Shown: piece by piece, positions 11,642 to 21,334 of the stretch | How positions within the stretch are numbered: the stretch's first letter is position 1 | How the letters are laid out: every line of letters begins with the position of its first letter | NCBI GenBank assembly: GCA_033853925.1 | Contig: JAWOLC010000052.1 | Location: 20 to 64,019, forward strand | Reading direction: 5' to 3' | DNA from: Candidatus Eiseniibacteriota bacterium | Lineage (GTDB): Bacteria; Eisenbacteria; RBG-16-71-46 | Length of the DNA stretch: 64,000 bases | Position numbers and translations under genes: made by a program | Notes under the pieces: generated by a model | Database searches by the model: none | What the model was told of the DNA's origin: nothing | What the model saw: only the letters and a program-made list of their open reading frames with translations

Positions 11642-12850
11642 ATGGCCGTCCTCGTCCAGAAGTACGGAGGCACCTCGGTCGCCGGACCAGAGCGCATTCG
11701 CGCGGTCGCCCGCCGGGTCGCGGCCGCACGAGCCGCGGGCAACGATCTGCTGGTGGTGGTCTCGGCCATGGGGCAGACCACGGACGAGCTGCTGCGGCTG
11801 GCCCGCGCCGTCTCGCGCGAGCCCAGTCGGCGCGAGCTGGACATGTTGCTCACGACGGGCGAGCGCGTGAGCATGGCCCTGCTGGCCATGGCCCTGCACG
11901 ACCTGGGCGTGCCGGCGATCTCCTTCACCGGCTCGCAGAGCGGCATCCTCACGGACGCGGGACACGGAGCCGCCCGCATCACCTCGGTGCGCCCGGACCG
12001 CCTGCGGCGCGAGCTGGAGCGGGGCAAGGTCGTCATCGTCGCCGGCTTCCAGGGGGTGAACCCCGACACCCGGGAGATCACCACCCTCGGCCGGGGCGGC
12101 TCGGACACCACCGCGGTGGCGCTGGCCGCCTGCTTCGGGGCCGCGCGCTGCGAGATCTACACCGACGTGGCCGGCGTCTTCAGCGCGGACCCGCGTGCGG
12201 TTCCCGCCGCGCGCGTCCTCGCGAGGCTCGATTACCGCGTCTGCTCGACCCTCGCCCACCTGGGCGGCCAGGTCCTGCACGCGCGCTGCGTGGATCTGGC
12301 GGCCCGCGAGGGCGTGCCCCTCGTCGTGCGCTCGTCCTTCGACGAGACGCCCGGCACCGAGATCGGAGAGTTCGAGATGGAAGGACCCCGGGTAGAGGCG
12401 GTGGCGCAGCGGGGAGACTGCTCGATCGCGGTCGCGGAAGGCGACGCGGCCGGGCGCGGAGAGGCTCGCGCCTTGATCGAGTCGGTGGCCGACGCGTTCC
12501 CCGAGCTGGAGCTGGTGGCTCACGAGCGGAGCGCCGAGGCGCACCACGGGCTGGTGTGGACCGGCTCGCGGCAGGACGTGGAGGCACTGGAGAAGGAGTT
12601 CCGCACCCTGCGCGGTCCCGGAGGCGAGTGGACGCTCCGCGCCGAGCACGGCGTGGCCTTCGTCTCGGTGATCGGGCTGGGGCTGGGGGCGCGCGAAGCG
12701 GCGCAGGCGGAGGGTGCTCTGGAGCGCGCCGCGGTGCCGGTCGTCGCCCTGCGCGTCTCCCCCACGGCTCTCGTCTTCCGCGTGCCGGGGGAGCGCGTCG
12801 AGGAGGCGGCGCGGGCCCTGCACGCGGCGCTGATCGAGAGCGGCGACTGA
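11642..12850 (+). CDS. lysC: Aspartate kinase
   Basis: ORF 11606..12850, start [13 protein letters not shown]; amino-acid kinase fold plus C-terminal ACT domains. Confidence 0.9.
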   Translation: MAVLVQKYGGTSVAGPERIRAVARRVAAARAAGNDLLVVVSAMGQTTDELLRLARAVSREPSRRELDMLLTTGERVSMALLAMALHDLGVPAISFTGSQSGILTDAGHGAARITSVRPDRLRRELERGKVVIVAGFQGVNPDTREITTLGRGGSDTTAVALAACFGAARCEIYTDVAGVFSADPRAVPAARVLARLDYRVCSTLAHLGGQVLHARCVDLAAREGVPLVVRSSFDETPGTEIGEFEMEGPRVEAVAQRGDCSIAVAEGDAAGRGEARALIESVADAFPELELVAHERSAEAHHGLVWTGSRQDVEALEKEFRTLRGPGGEWTLRAEHGVAFVSVIGLGLGAREAAQAEGALERAAVPVVALRVSPTALVFRVPGERVEEAARALHAALIESGD

Positions 12851-12963
12851 GGGCCGGCGGGGACCGGCGCGCCGCGTGGACGTGACGCGGCCGCGACGCC
12901 GGCGGGCGGAGCCGCCCGAGGTCGCGGATCGGCGCGGCCGCTCGCGCCGGTGGCCCGAGGCGG

Positions 12964-14487
12964 TCAGTAGCTGCGGATCACCGACTCGAGCGTCTGCACC
13001 TGCCCGGCCCGCACGCGGGCGAGCGCCCGCGCGTAGAGCCGATCGTAGCCGTCGGCGCTGGCCCGCCAGGAGAAGTCCCGGCTCATGCCGTTCCTCTGCA
13101 GCGCCCCCCACAGCTCCGGCTGCTTCTGGATGGCCAGGGCGCGTTTGAGCGCTCCCAACAGGGCCTCCGGCTCGTACGGCCCGAAGAGGAAGCCCGTGCC
13201 CTCCCGCGAGGCGAGGTCGAACTCCTCGACCGTGTCGGCCAGCCCGCCGGTCTCGCGCACCACGGGGATCGTGCCGTAGCGAAGCGAGTACATCTGGTTG
13301 AGGCCGCACGGCTCGTAGCGCGAGGGCATGAGGAAGAGGTCGGCCCCGCCCTCGATCAGGTGAGCGAAGCGCTCGTCCTGGCGGCCGCTGAAGTGCAGGC
13401 GCTCGGGATGCTCGGAGGTCAGGGCCTCGAGCCATTCCTCGTACCGCGGCTGGCCGTAGCCCAGAACGACGTAGTTGGCGTTGAGCGTGAGCAGCTCGGG
13501 CCCGACCTGCTCCAGCAGGTCGAACCCCTTCTGGTCCACCAACCGCGAGACCATGCCCACGATCGGCCGCTCGGGCGCGAAGCCGCACTCCGTGGCGAGC
13601 GCCTGGCGGCTCGCGAGCTTGCCCTCCAGCGAGTCCGCGTCGTAGGGCTGCGGGAGGAACGGATCGCGGGCCGGGTCCCAGGCCTCGTCGTCGATGCCGT
13701 TGAGGATGCCGAAGAGATCCTCGCCGCGTCGCCGCAGCACCCCTTCCAGGCCGAAGCCGTACTCGCCGTCCTGCTGGATCTCGCGCGCGTAGCGCGGGCT
13801 CACCGTGGACAGGAGGTCGGCGAAGGAGAGCCCCACCTTCATGTAGTTGACTCGCCCCCAGAACTCGAACGGGCCTCCGGCGCGGAAGAGGTCGCGCGGG
13901 AAGCCGGCCAGCCCCAGCACCCAGGGATCGTAGATGCCCTGGTAGCCCAGGTTGTGGATGGTGAAGACGGTGGCCGAGCCCCGCAGCACCGCGGCGCGGG
14001 CCTCGTGGGTGCGCACGAAGCACGGCGCCCAGGCGGCCTGCTGGTCGTGGGCGTGCACCACGTCGACCGCGTCGCCCAGGGCCTTGAGACCTTCCAGCGC
14101 CGCGCGCGCGAAGAAGAGGAAGCGCTCGGCGTTGTCGGCATAGCCCTCCGCGGTCGAGGGCTCGTCGTAGATGCCGGTGCGGTCGAAGAAGCGGCGGTCG
14201 CCGGTGTGGGCCACGAGCAGCACGCGCAGACTGCCGGCCGTCTGCGGGGTGAAGGGGGGTCGCAGGAGCTCGAAGCGCGCCCGCTCGCGGCCCATGCCCC
14301 AGGGCACGTTGGCGGTCGCGACGACCTCGCGGGTCCAGCCGGGGGGAACCTCGACCGAGCGGTAGCCGGGGATGACGACGGTGACGCGGTGGCCGCGGCG
14401 GGCCTGCTCGCCGGCGAGCGAGCCCACCACGTCCGCGAGCCCCCCCACCTTGACGAGAGGCGCCATCTCGCTGGCGAGATGCGCCAC
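12964..14487 (-). CDS. glgA: Glycogen (starch) synthase, ADP-glucose type
   Basis: Part of ORF 12964..14985; K-x-GGL motif in EMAPLVKVGGLADV; likely GTG start at 14487 (MAHLASEMAPL); GT5 family. Confidence 0.85.
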   Translation of the reverse strand: MAHLASEMAPLVKVGGLADVVGSLAGEQARRGHRVTVVIPGYRSVEVPPGWTREVVATANVPWGMGRERARFELLRPPFTPQTAGSLRVLLVAHTGDRRFFDRTGIYDEPSTAEGYADNAERFLFFARAALEGLKALGDAVDVVHAHDQQAAWAPCFVRTHEARAAVLRGSATVFTIHNLGYQGIYDPWVLGLAGFPRDLFRAGGPFEFWGRVNYMKVGLSFADLLSTVSPRYAREIQQDGEYGFGLEGVLRRRGEDLFGILNGIDDEAWDPARDPFLPQPYDADSLEGKLASRQALATECGFAPERPIVGMVSRLVDQKGFDLLEQVGPELLTLNANYVVLGYGQPRYEEWLEALTSEHPERLHFSGRQDERFAHLIEGGADLFLMPSRYEPCGLNQMYSLRYGTIPVVRETGGLADTVEEFDLASREGTGFLFGPYEPEALLGALKRALAIQKQPELWGALQRNGMSRDFSWRASADGYDRLYARALARVRAGQVQTLESVIRSY

Positions 14488-14552
14488 GCACAGCGAGGCG
14501 CGGCTCGGGACCCTGTACGGGGAGTCGGTCAACGGTCGTTCCGGGCGGCCGG

Positions 14553-15566
14553 TCAATCCTCGACCGCGATCTCTCTCAGGTACTGCGCCGCGTCTTCGGG
14601 CGGCGTGGGGTTGATGTGGAACCCCGAGCCGATCTCGAAGCCGGCCACGCGGGTGAGCGTGGGCATGATCTCCAGGTGCCAGTGGTAGTACTCGAGCTCG
14701 CCCTCGGTGACCGGTGCCGTGTGCACGACGAAGTTGTAGGGCGGGCGATCGAGAGCCCGGTTCAGGCGGCCGAGCGTGTCCTTGAGGATGTTCGCCAGGT
14801 CCTTGAACTCGTCCTCGTCCTTCACCACCTGGAAGGAGGAGTCGTGGCGGCGGGGCAGGATCCACGTCTCGAAGGGGAACCGAGGCGCGAACGGCTCGAT
14901 GGTGAGGAAGCGGTCGTTCATGGTCACGACCCGCCGGCCGTTGTGGTCCGCCGTGTCCTGCTGGATGACGTCGCAGAAGACGCACCGCTCCTTCAGCTCG
15001 TAGTAGCGACGCGCCCCGTCCAGCTCCTCCTGGACGAGGCGGGGGATGATCGGGGTGGCGATGAGCTGGGTGTGCGTGTGCTCGAGGGTGGCCCCGGCGC
15101 CGGCGCCGTGGTTCTTGAAGATCAGGACGTAGCGGAAGCGGCGGTCCCGGTGCAGGTCCACCATCCGCTCCCGGTAGGCCTTCAGCACCTCCACCAGGTG
15201 GTCCGCCGGCAGGTCGGCAAGGTCCAGGTCGTGCAGCGGCCCCTCGATCACGACCTCGTGGGCTCCCACGCCGTTCATCTTGTCGTAGAGCCCCTCGCCC
15301 CGGCGGTCCAGCGCCCCCTCGATCTGCAGGGCGGGGAACTTGTTCGGGACCACCCTGACCTTCCAGCCCGTGCTGTTCGGCCCCCCGCCATTCTGGCGGT
15401 AGGCATAGACCTCGGGCGGCGTCTTGTCCTCCTGCCCGGGGCAGAAGGGACAGAAGTTCGTGGTCTTGACGACCCGGACGGGCGTGAAGTTCGTGGGACG
15501 CCGACTGCGGTCAGTGGAGATGATGACCCACCGGCCGACGACCGGGTCCTTGCGCAGTTCCGGCAT
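14553..15566 (-). CDS. Galactose-1-phosphate uridylyltransferase (GalT)-type HIT-family nucleotidyltransferase
   Basis: 337 aa from MPELRKDPVVGRW of ORF 14553..15650; CPFCPG zinc motif and HTHTQ (HxHxQ) catalytic motif; GGAGAG SD. Confidence 0.8.
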   Translation of the reverse strand: MPELRKDPVVGRWVIISTDRSRRPTNFTPVRVVKTTNFCPFCPGQEDKTPPEVYAYRQNGGGPNSTGWKVRVVPNKFPALQIEGALDRRGEGLYDKMNGVGAHEVVIEGPLHDLDLADLPADHLVEVLKAYRERMVDLHRDRRFRYVLIFKNHGAGAGATLEHTHTQLIATPIIPRLVQEELDGARRYYELKERCVFCDVIQQDTADHNGRRVVTMNDRFLTIEPFAPRFPFETWILPRRHDSSFQVVKDEDEFKDLANILKDTLGRLNRALDRPPYNFVVHTAPVTEGELEYYHWHLEIMPTLTRVAGFEIGSGFHINPTPPEDAAQYLREIAVED

Positions 15567-15653
15567 GGATCTCTCCGATGTCTCTCGGATGCCGCCATTC
15601 AGCGTACAGCCCGCTCGGGGATCGCGGGGCGAGAGCGGCAAAAGGAGCACCGT

Positions 15654-15683
15654 AGTCTAGTGATGGAGACAAGCTTAGGTCAA
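15654..15683 (-). promoter_or_regulatory. Candidate sigma70-like promoter for galT-like/glgA: -35 TTGACC, 18-nt spacer, -10 TAGACT
   Basis: Read on the reverse strand in the 260-nt lower-GC intergenic region upstream of ATG 15566. Confidence 0.35.
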
Positions 15684-15828
15684 GAACCCATCGCCTGACC
15701 CCGGCACCGCAGCGACCTGGCGCCACTCCCTAGTCAGCCGCTGCTAAACTTCGCCTCTTGGCATCCCTTCGGATGCGCCGGATTGTCCCGGGAGGCAGCC
15801 TGTCGCGTCCGCCGACGCAGTGCACGGC

Positions 15829-17109
15829 TCAAGCGTGCAGGTCCCGAGCCGCGGCCGCCGCCTCCGTCCGCAGCCATTCCCCCCGCTCGACGGCGCTGGC
15901 CCGGAAGTGAGCCTCGAGAAGGGCGCGCTCGGCGGCCTCGAGGGCCCGTCCGCGCCGTCCCATGACCACCGAGGCGGTGCGCAGGAAGGCGTCGAGGCGG
16001 TGCTCCACCGCCCGCTCTCCGTCCCACCAGGAGAACGGGGGCAGCCGCTTGGGCGCGAACCGCCCCGCTCCGAAGAGATTCGTGCCCACGCCGACCGAGC
16101 CTCCCGTAGGCAGGAGCGAGCCGATCCCCGTCTTGACGTGGGCGCCGATGAAGCTGCCCACCTTGCTCGTGCCGCTGTCCCGCTCGCGGCCTCCGGCCCA
16201 CGCGCGCACCAACCCGTAGTTGTTCTTCAAGTCGCTCGTCGTCGTGAGCGCGCCCAGGTTGACCCACTCGCCCACGATGCTGTGTCCGACGAAGCCGTGG
16301 TGCCGCTTGTTCGCCAGGCCCTGCCAGATCGACTCCTCGATCTCGCCCGCCACCCGGCAGTCCGGCCCCACCGTCGAGCGGCGCACGACGCCTCCCAGCA
16401 CCTGCGTGCCCGCGCCGATGAAGCACGGCCCCTCGACGACACTGTGCGCGAGAATCAGGGCGTCGCGGCCGATCCAGATGGGCCCCTGGCGGGCATCCAG
16501 CACGGCGAAGGGATCCACGCGGGCGCCCGGCTCCACGGTGATCCGCGCGCGCTCGAGCAGGGCCGCACCCGGGGCCACCTCCCCGGCCACCACCCCTGCC
16601 CGCGCGCCCAGGTCGGCCTCGAGGGCCGCGAGATTGCCCCGAACGAAGTCCCATGGCCAACGCAGGACCTCGGCTTCCACCTCGACGCGAGCGAGGTCGA
16701 GCGCCCGGAGCCGCTCGTCGAACCGCGGGCCCGTGCCGAGACAGCCCTGGAGCGACGAGACCGCGAGGCGCGCCCCCACGGGCTCACCTCCCGACACGTA
16801 GAGCGCGGGCGGACCTTCCCGCGCGAGCTCTGCGGCCCAGGCGCCGGGCGTCGCCGCCGCGTTCACGGCCAGGACCTCGTCACCGGCATCCGGCCTCCGC
16901 CCCGCCACCGCGGGCGCCTCGTGCCAGGCCGCCAGAGCGCCGGCCCGCGCCTCGACCGCCAGGAGGGGCAGCTTCAGCGCTGCCAGCCAGCGCTCAGCCA
17001 GGCTCGAGGCGCCGAAGCGCAGGCCCGGCACGGGCAGCAGGTCCGCGAGTGGGCTCAGATCCTCCCAGTGCGAGTCTTCGTACAGCAGCAGGAAGCGGCT
17101 CACGCTCAC
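15829..17109 (-). CDS. GlmU/GlgC-like protein: degenerate N-terminal nucleotidyltransferase-like region plus left-handed beta-helix (hexapeptide repeat) domain
   Basis: ORF 15829..17109; hexapeptide repeats in the C-terminal half; N-terminus lacks the GxGxR signature. Confidence 0.7.
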   Translation of the reverse strand: MSVSRFLLLYEDSHWEDLSPLADLLPVPGLRFGASSLAERWLAALKLPLLAVEARAGALAAWHEAPAVAGRRPDAGDEVLAVNAAATPGAWAAELAREGPPALYVSGGEPVGARLAVSSLQGCLGTGPRFDERLRALDLARVEVEAEVLRWPWDFVRGNLAALEADLGARAGVVAGEVAPGAALLERARITVEPGARVDPFAVLDARQGPIWIGRDALILAHSVVEGPCFIGAGTQVLGGVVRRSTVGPDCRVAGEIEESIWQGLANKRHHGFVGHSIVGEWVNLGALTTTSDLKNNYGLVRAWAGGRERDSGTSKVGSFIGAHVKTGIGSLLPTGGSVGVGTNLFGAGRFAPKRLPPFSWWDGERAVEHRLDAFLRTASVVMGRRGRALEAAERALLEAHFRASAVERGEWLRTEAAAAARDLHA

Positions 17110-17798
17110 CTTCCCCGGAGGCGGAACACTCCCGTGAAGCCTGCCTCGAGGGCGCGCCGCCGCAGGACGTCGGCGACCGTCCGATCCAGGCAGTCACGGG
17201 TGCGGACCTTGTAGAGGCCTCGCTCCTTCTCGATCGTCATGGGCACGAGGAGCTGCGACTGCCCGGCCTGCTGGTAGCGGCGCGCCTTCGCCAGCTCGGC
17301 CGGGGCGGCGATCTGCACTCGCCAGCACGTGTCGGACCGCGCCGCCTGCGCGCGCCCGGGGGGCGCAAGGAGCGCGGCGGGCGGCGGCGGCACGGCGGTG
17401 TCCGGCGCGGCCTCCGCCTGGGGCAGCGGCCGCTCCCCCAGCACGGGCACGGGCGCGGGCACGGGAATCTCCGCGGACGCCGTGTCCGCCTGGGCCACCG
17501 CGGACGATTCGGCCGCGGCCGCGGCAGGAGCCACCACCGGCGGTGGAGGGACGCGTTCCTCGGGCTTGAGGGGCTCGGGAATCGTGGCCAGCACCGCCCG
17601 GGCCTCGGCGGAGGGCGTCGTATCCGGAGCCGCGGGCGCCTTGGCCATCGGCGTGGGCCGCGCGCCTGGCGCCATCGTCGGGGCGGGCGCCGGAGCCGCG
17701 GGCGGCGGCGCCGTGGCGCAGCCGCCCATCCCCAGGCTCGCCGCCGCCAGGGCGAGCGCGATCCCCGCCCCCAGGACCGCCTCTCTCCCTCGGCTCAT
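17106..17798 (-). CDS. Lipoprotein with C-terminal SPOR (peptidoglycan-binding) domain
   Basis: 230 aa from MSRGREAVLGAGIALALAAASLGMGGC (lipobox) of ORF 17106..18974; Pro/Ala-rich linker; SPOR-like C-terminus CWRVQIAAP...GLYKVRTRDC. Confidence 0.7.
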   Translation of the reverse strand: MSRGREAVLGAGIALALAAASLGMGGCATAPPPAAPAPAPTMAPGARPTPMAKAPAAPDTTPSAEARAVLATIPEPLKPEERVPPPPVVAPAAAAAESSAVAQADTASAEIPVPAPVPVLGERPLPQAEAAPDTAVPPPPAALLAPPGRAQAARSDTCWRVQIAAPAELAKARRYQQAGQSQLLVPMTIEKERGLYKVRTRDCLDRTVADVLRRRALEAGFTGVFRLRGR

Positions 17799-18862
17799 CG
17801 CGCCCCTCGCTTGCGCACGGCCTCGGTCACGCTCCGTACGCGATCGGTCTCCGCGCGGCGGCAGGCGAGGGTGGAGCCTTCGGCGTGGACGATCACCATG
17901 TCCTCGAGGCCCATCGCCGCCGCCGTGCCTCCCTCGCCCACGACGATGCAGCGGCTGCAACCCACGGCCACGGCGTCGCCGAAGAGCACGTTGCCGTGCT
18001 CGTCCGTCGGCTGCCGGCGAGCCCAGGCTCCCCAGGAGCCCAGGTCGTCCCAGTCGAAGGAGGCCTCGAGCACGAGCGTGTTCGGGGCCCGCTCCAGCAC
18101 CGCATAGTCCACCGAGATGGCCTCGAGGCCGGGGAAGACCGGCCCGAGCGCGCGCTCGAAGGCCCCCTCGGCGGGCTCCCCTTCCCAGCGCAGCCCCCGC
18201 AGGGCCGCGGCCATGGCCGGGCGGCTGGCCTCGAGCGCGTCCAGGAACACGTCTCCGCGCCAGACGAACATGCCGCTGTTCCACAGGTGCTCGCCGCCCC
18301 GCAGATACTGCTCGGCGCGGGCGCGGTCCGGCTTCTCCACGAAGCGCGCGACGCGGTGCAGCCGGTCGCCCACGGGAGCCCCGCGCTGGATGTAGCCGAA
18401 GTTGGTCTCGGGCGACGTGGCCCGCACGCCGAAGGTGAGCAGGACCCGCTCGCGCTCGGCCGCCGCGAAGGCTCGGCGCGCATCCGCGGCGAAGGCGTCC
18501 AGGTCGTCGATGAGATGGTCGGAGGGCAGGACCAGGAAGGCCCCGCTCCCCCGGGCCGCGAACCAGACCGCCGCGGCGCCGATCGCCGGCGCCGTGTTGC
18601 GGCCGACCGGCTCGCCCACCACGGCCACTCCCGGGCAGTCGCGCCGCACGGCCTCGACGAGGTCGCGCGCGGTCAGCACGAGCACGTTCTCGCGCGAGGT
18701 CAGGCGCAGCGCCCGCTCGAGCGTGGCGGCGAGCAGCGTGCGGCCGCCCCGGGCGAGCGGCAGGAGCTGCTTCGGGCGCTCGGGACGGCTCCACGGCCAG
18801 AAGCGCTCGCCGCGGCCGCCGGCCAGGATGACGACGGATCGGATCGGGGAGGAAGCGGTCAA
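17795..18862 (-). CDS. Mannose-1-phosphate guanylyltransferase-like sugar nucleotidyltransferase (TTG start)
   Basis: ORF 17795..18862; ILAGGRGERFWP nucleotidyltransferase motif; start codon TTG preceded by GAGG. Confidence 0.8.
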   Translation of the reverse strand: MTASSPIRSVVILAGGRGERFWPWSRPERPKQLLPLARGGRTLLAATLERALRLTSRENVLVLTARDLVEAVRRDCPGVAVVGEPVGRNTAPAIGAAAVWFAARGSGAFLVLPSDHLIDDLDAFAADARRAFAAAERERVLLTFGVRATSPETNFGYIQRGAPVGDRLHRVARFVEKPDRARAEQYLRGGEHLWNSGMFVWRGDVFLDALEASRPAMAAALRGLRWEGEPAEGAFERALGPVFPGLEAISVDYAVLERAPNTLVLEASFDWDDLGSWGAWARRQPTDEHGNVLFGDAVAVGCSRCIVVGEGGTAAAMGLEDMVIVHAEGSTLACRRAETDRVRSVTEAVRKRGAR

Positions 18863-18881
18863 GAGAACCTCGTCGGCGGCG

Positions 18882-18887
18882 GACTAT
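18882..18887 (-). promoter_or_regulatory. TATAGT -10-like hexamer 19 nt upstream of the manC-like TTG start
   Basis: Reverse-strand read GGGGTATAGTCC; no convincing -35. Confidence 0.3.
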
Positions 18888-18995
18888 ACCCCAGCCGGAG
18901 GCGGGGCACAGCCCGCGCGCCGGCCTCGCCGGATCGCGTCGCGGCGCCCGCGCGGGCGGGGCGTCGCCGCGCACGGACTCCCGCCCGCGTCGCGC

Positions 18996-20105
18996 TCAAC
19001 GGCGCGCCCGTCCGTCCCCGAGCAGGTCCAGGTACACGCCCTCGGTGCGCCTCGCCACCGGGTCCCAGGAGTAATGGGCCCGGATGTGCTCGCGCGCCTT
19101 CACCTCGTAGCTCCGCACCAGCTCGGGGTTGCGGATGAGCATCTCCAGCTTGGCGCGCAGGTCCTCCGCGTCCCGGCTGCGGAAGGAGACGGCGCACTCC
19201 TCGGCGACCTCGAGGTTCTCGGGGATGTCCGAGACCAGCACGCAGCGGCCGTACGAGAGGGCCTCGAGCAGGGCGATGGAGAGACCTTCCATGACCGACG
19301 GCTGCACCACGAGGTAGGCGTTGCTCCACAGCTCCTCGAGGGTCTCGCCGAACACGTAGTCGAGCAGGCGGATGCGCTCGCCCTCGTAGCTCTTCAGCAG
19401 CCGGACGTAGTCCTCCGAGGCCGACGCGCCGCCCACCACGGCCAGCTTCAGCCCCGTGTCGATCTGCGAGAACGCCTCGCAGAGGAAGTGCACGCCCTTC
19501 TCGGGCACCAGCCGGCCCACGAAGAGCACGTACTGCCCGGGCACGAGCCCGAGCGGCAGGATCTTCCGCGCCGGGCGCGCGGGGACCAGGTTCGTCCCGT
19601 TGGGGATGAACACCGCCTGGGTGTGGTGGTGCTTCTCGAAGTAGTCGCGCAGCGTCTTCGACACGACGATCGTGCGGTTGGGGAAGCGCGCGGCGGGCCC
19701 TTCGCACTGCTTGAGGATCCAGGCCGCGACCCGTCCCCACTTCTCCCGCTGCCAGTCCAGCCCGTGCACGGTCACGACCGTGCGCGCCCCGCCGAGACGA
19801 GGCAGCCAGGAGAACACCGACGGCCCCAGGGCGTGGAAGTGGACGATGTCGTAGTGACGGGCCATGGCTTCGGCCGTGGACCAGGCCACGTGCGTGAAGG
19901 TGTCGAGATGCTTCGTGTGCACGCTGGGGCGGCGCAGCAGGCGCACGTTCCGGTAGGTCGTCCCCGGGGGCGTGTAGTGGAAGCGACAGTAGACGTCGAC
20001 CTGATGTCCCATGCCCGCGAGCCGCCGCGAGATCTCCTCGACGTGCCTCTCGATGCCGCCGTAGGTGGCGGGGATGCCCTTCTGCCCGATCATGGCCACC
20101 CTCAC
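18996..20105 (-). CDS. Glycosyltransferase family 4
   Basis: C-terminal part of ORF 18996..21221; GTG start at 20105 (M-RVAMIGQKGIP) after a GGGGGG SD, alternative ATG 20093; GTGA overlap with the upstream stop; EX7E-type C-terminal region. Confidence 0.8.
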   Translation of the reverse strand: MRVAMIGQKGIPATYGGIERHVEEISRRLAGMGHQVDVYCRFHYTPPGTTYRNVRLLRRPSVHTKHLDTFTHVAWSTAEAMARHYDIVHFHALGPSVFSWLPRLGGARTVVTVHGLDWQREKWGRVAAWILKQCEGPAARFPNRTIVVSKTLRDYFEKHHHTQAVFIPNGTNLVPARPARKILPLGLVPGQYVLFVGRLVPEKGVHFLCEAFSQIDTGLKLAVVGGASASEDYVRLLKSYEGERIRLLDYVFGETLEELWSNAYLVVQPSVMEGLSIALLEALSYGRCVLVSDIPENLEVAEECAVSFRSRDAEDLRAKLEMLIRNPELVRSYEVKAREHIRAHYSWDPVARRTEGVYLDLLGDGRARR

Positions 20106-21334
20106 GAGCGCACCCCCCCGGCCGCCGGCTCGGGCCGTGCCCCGCCCGGGCTCACCGCCGCGCCACCGCCCGACTGCGCCCGGAGCCTCGCGCCCAGCGC
20201 CTCGCCGAGCCTCTCGCCCAGTCGGCCCCAGGCGTACTCCGCCACCGCCCCCGGCATGGCGAGACCCCGCGCCAGCCAGCCCGCCGGGCGCGCACGCAGC
20301 GCCTCGGCCAGCTCGGGCAGCCCGGCCGTCACCACCCACGGCGCCAGCGACGCGTACCCGCGCAGGCCGAAGGGCGTCGTGACCACGGCCATTCCCGCCG
20401 CCAGGTAGGTGGGAAGCTTCACGTTGGTGCCTCCGCCGAGCGTCATGGGGTTGAGCCCCGCGTCGGCGGCGTGCAGCAACGGCGAGAGGTCGGGTGCCTC
20501 GGGCCGGGCGAGCAGCCAGCTCTCGCGCCGCCCGGCGAGGGCGCGCGTGACCGAGCCGGCCACCAGCAGGCGGAAGCCCTCGCCCGCCAGCTCGGGCAGC
20601 ACGCGGTCCATGAGCCAGGCCAGGCCGGCGCGGTTGTGCGGGAAGTCCGAGCCCACGAAGAGCGCCACGTACTCGCGCGGCCCGATGCCCAGGGCGGCGC
20701 GGGCGCGCTCCCGCTCTCCCGTCGCCGGCGGGCGGACCATGGTCTCGTCGTAGCCGTTGGGAATCACGACGAGGGTCTCGGCCGGGGCGCCGTACAGCTC
20801 GCGCACGCGAGCCGCATCCTCGTCGCCGCAGACCACGGTGAGGCCCGCGCGGCGCACGGCCCGACGCTCCAGCGCGCGCAGGCGCTCGCCCCAGAAGGCC
20901 GCGGCCGCCACCTCCGCGCGCGTCATCCGGAATTGGTCCAGCTCCACGTTGTGCGCGGTGTAGACCTTCAGCGGGGCGGGATCGGCGGCGAAGAGCCCGG
21001 TGAGGTGCAGATCGGCCAGCAGCGCGTCGGCCCGTCCGGAGAACGTCCGCGCCAGGCGGCCCGCGCTCGCCGCGTGCCCGGCGGCCACGAGGAAGAGCGG
21101 CGCCAGACGCGCCCGCTCGAGCCGCCAGGCCGCGCTCGTGTACCAGGCCTTGCGTCGCAGGATGCGCACGCCCGCGATCCGTTCCTCGCGCGCCGAGCGG
21201 TTCCGGTTCTCCACCAGGCACAGAGCCTCGACCTCGTGCCGTCGCGCCAGCCCGCGGTAGAGACCGAAGGAGCGCTGCGTGCCGCCGGAGAGCGGCGGGT
21301 GGATGTCGTTCTCGGTGGCGGCGTGGATCAGCAT
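20102..21334 (-). CDS. Glycosyltransferase (GT4-like / GT-B fold)
   Basis: 410 aa from MLIHAATENDIHPPLSGGTQR of ORF 20102..22330. Confidence 0.7.
   Translation of the reverse strand: MLIHAATENDIHPPLSGGTQRSFGLYRGLARRHEVEALCLVENRNRSAREERIAGVRILRRKAWYTSAAWRLERARLAPLFLVAAGHAASAGRLARTFSGRADALLADLHLTGLFAADPAPLKVYTAHNVELDQFRMTRAEVAAAAFWGERLRALERRAVRRAGLTVVCGDEDAARVRELYGAPAETLVVIPNGYDETMVRPPATGERERARAALGIGPREYVALFVGSDFPHNRAGLAWLMDRVLPELAGEGFRLLVAGSVTRALAGRRESWLLARPEAPDLSPLLHAADAGLNPMTLGGGTNVKLPTYLAAGMAVVTTPFGLRGYASLAPWVVTAGLPELAEALRARPAGWLARGLAMPGAVAEYAWGRLGERLGEALGARLRAQSGGGAAVSPGGARPEPAAGGVRS

Noticed and set aside
11441-14491. 1016-aa ORF on the minus strand spanning lysC and glgA
   Set aside because: Arg/Gly/Pro-rich low-complexity translation typical of an alternative frame in high-GC DNA; overlaps two well-supported genes (lysC sense, glgA other frame)
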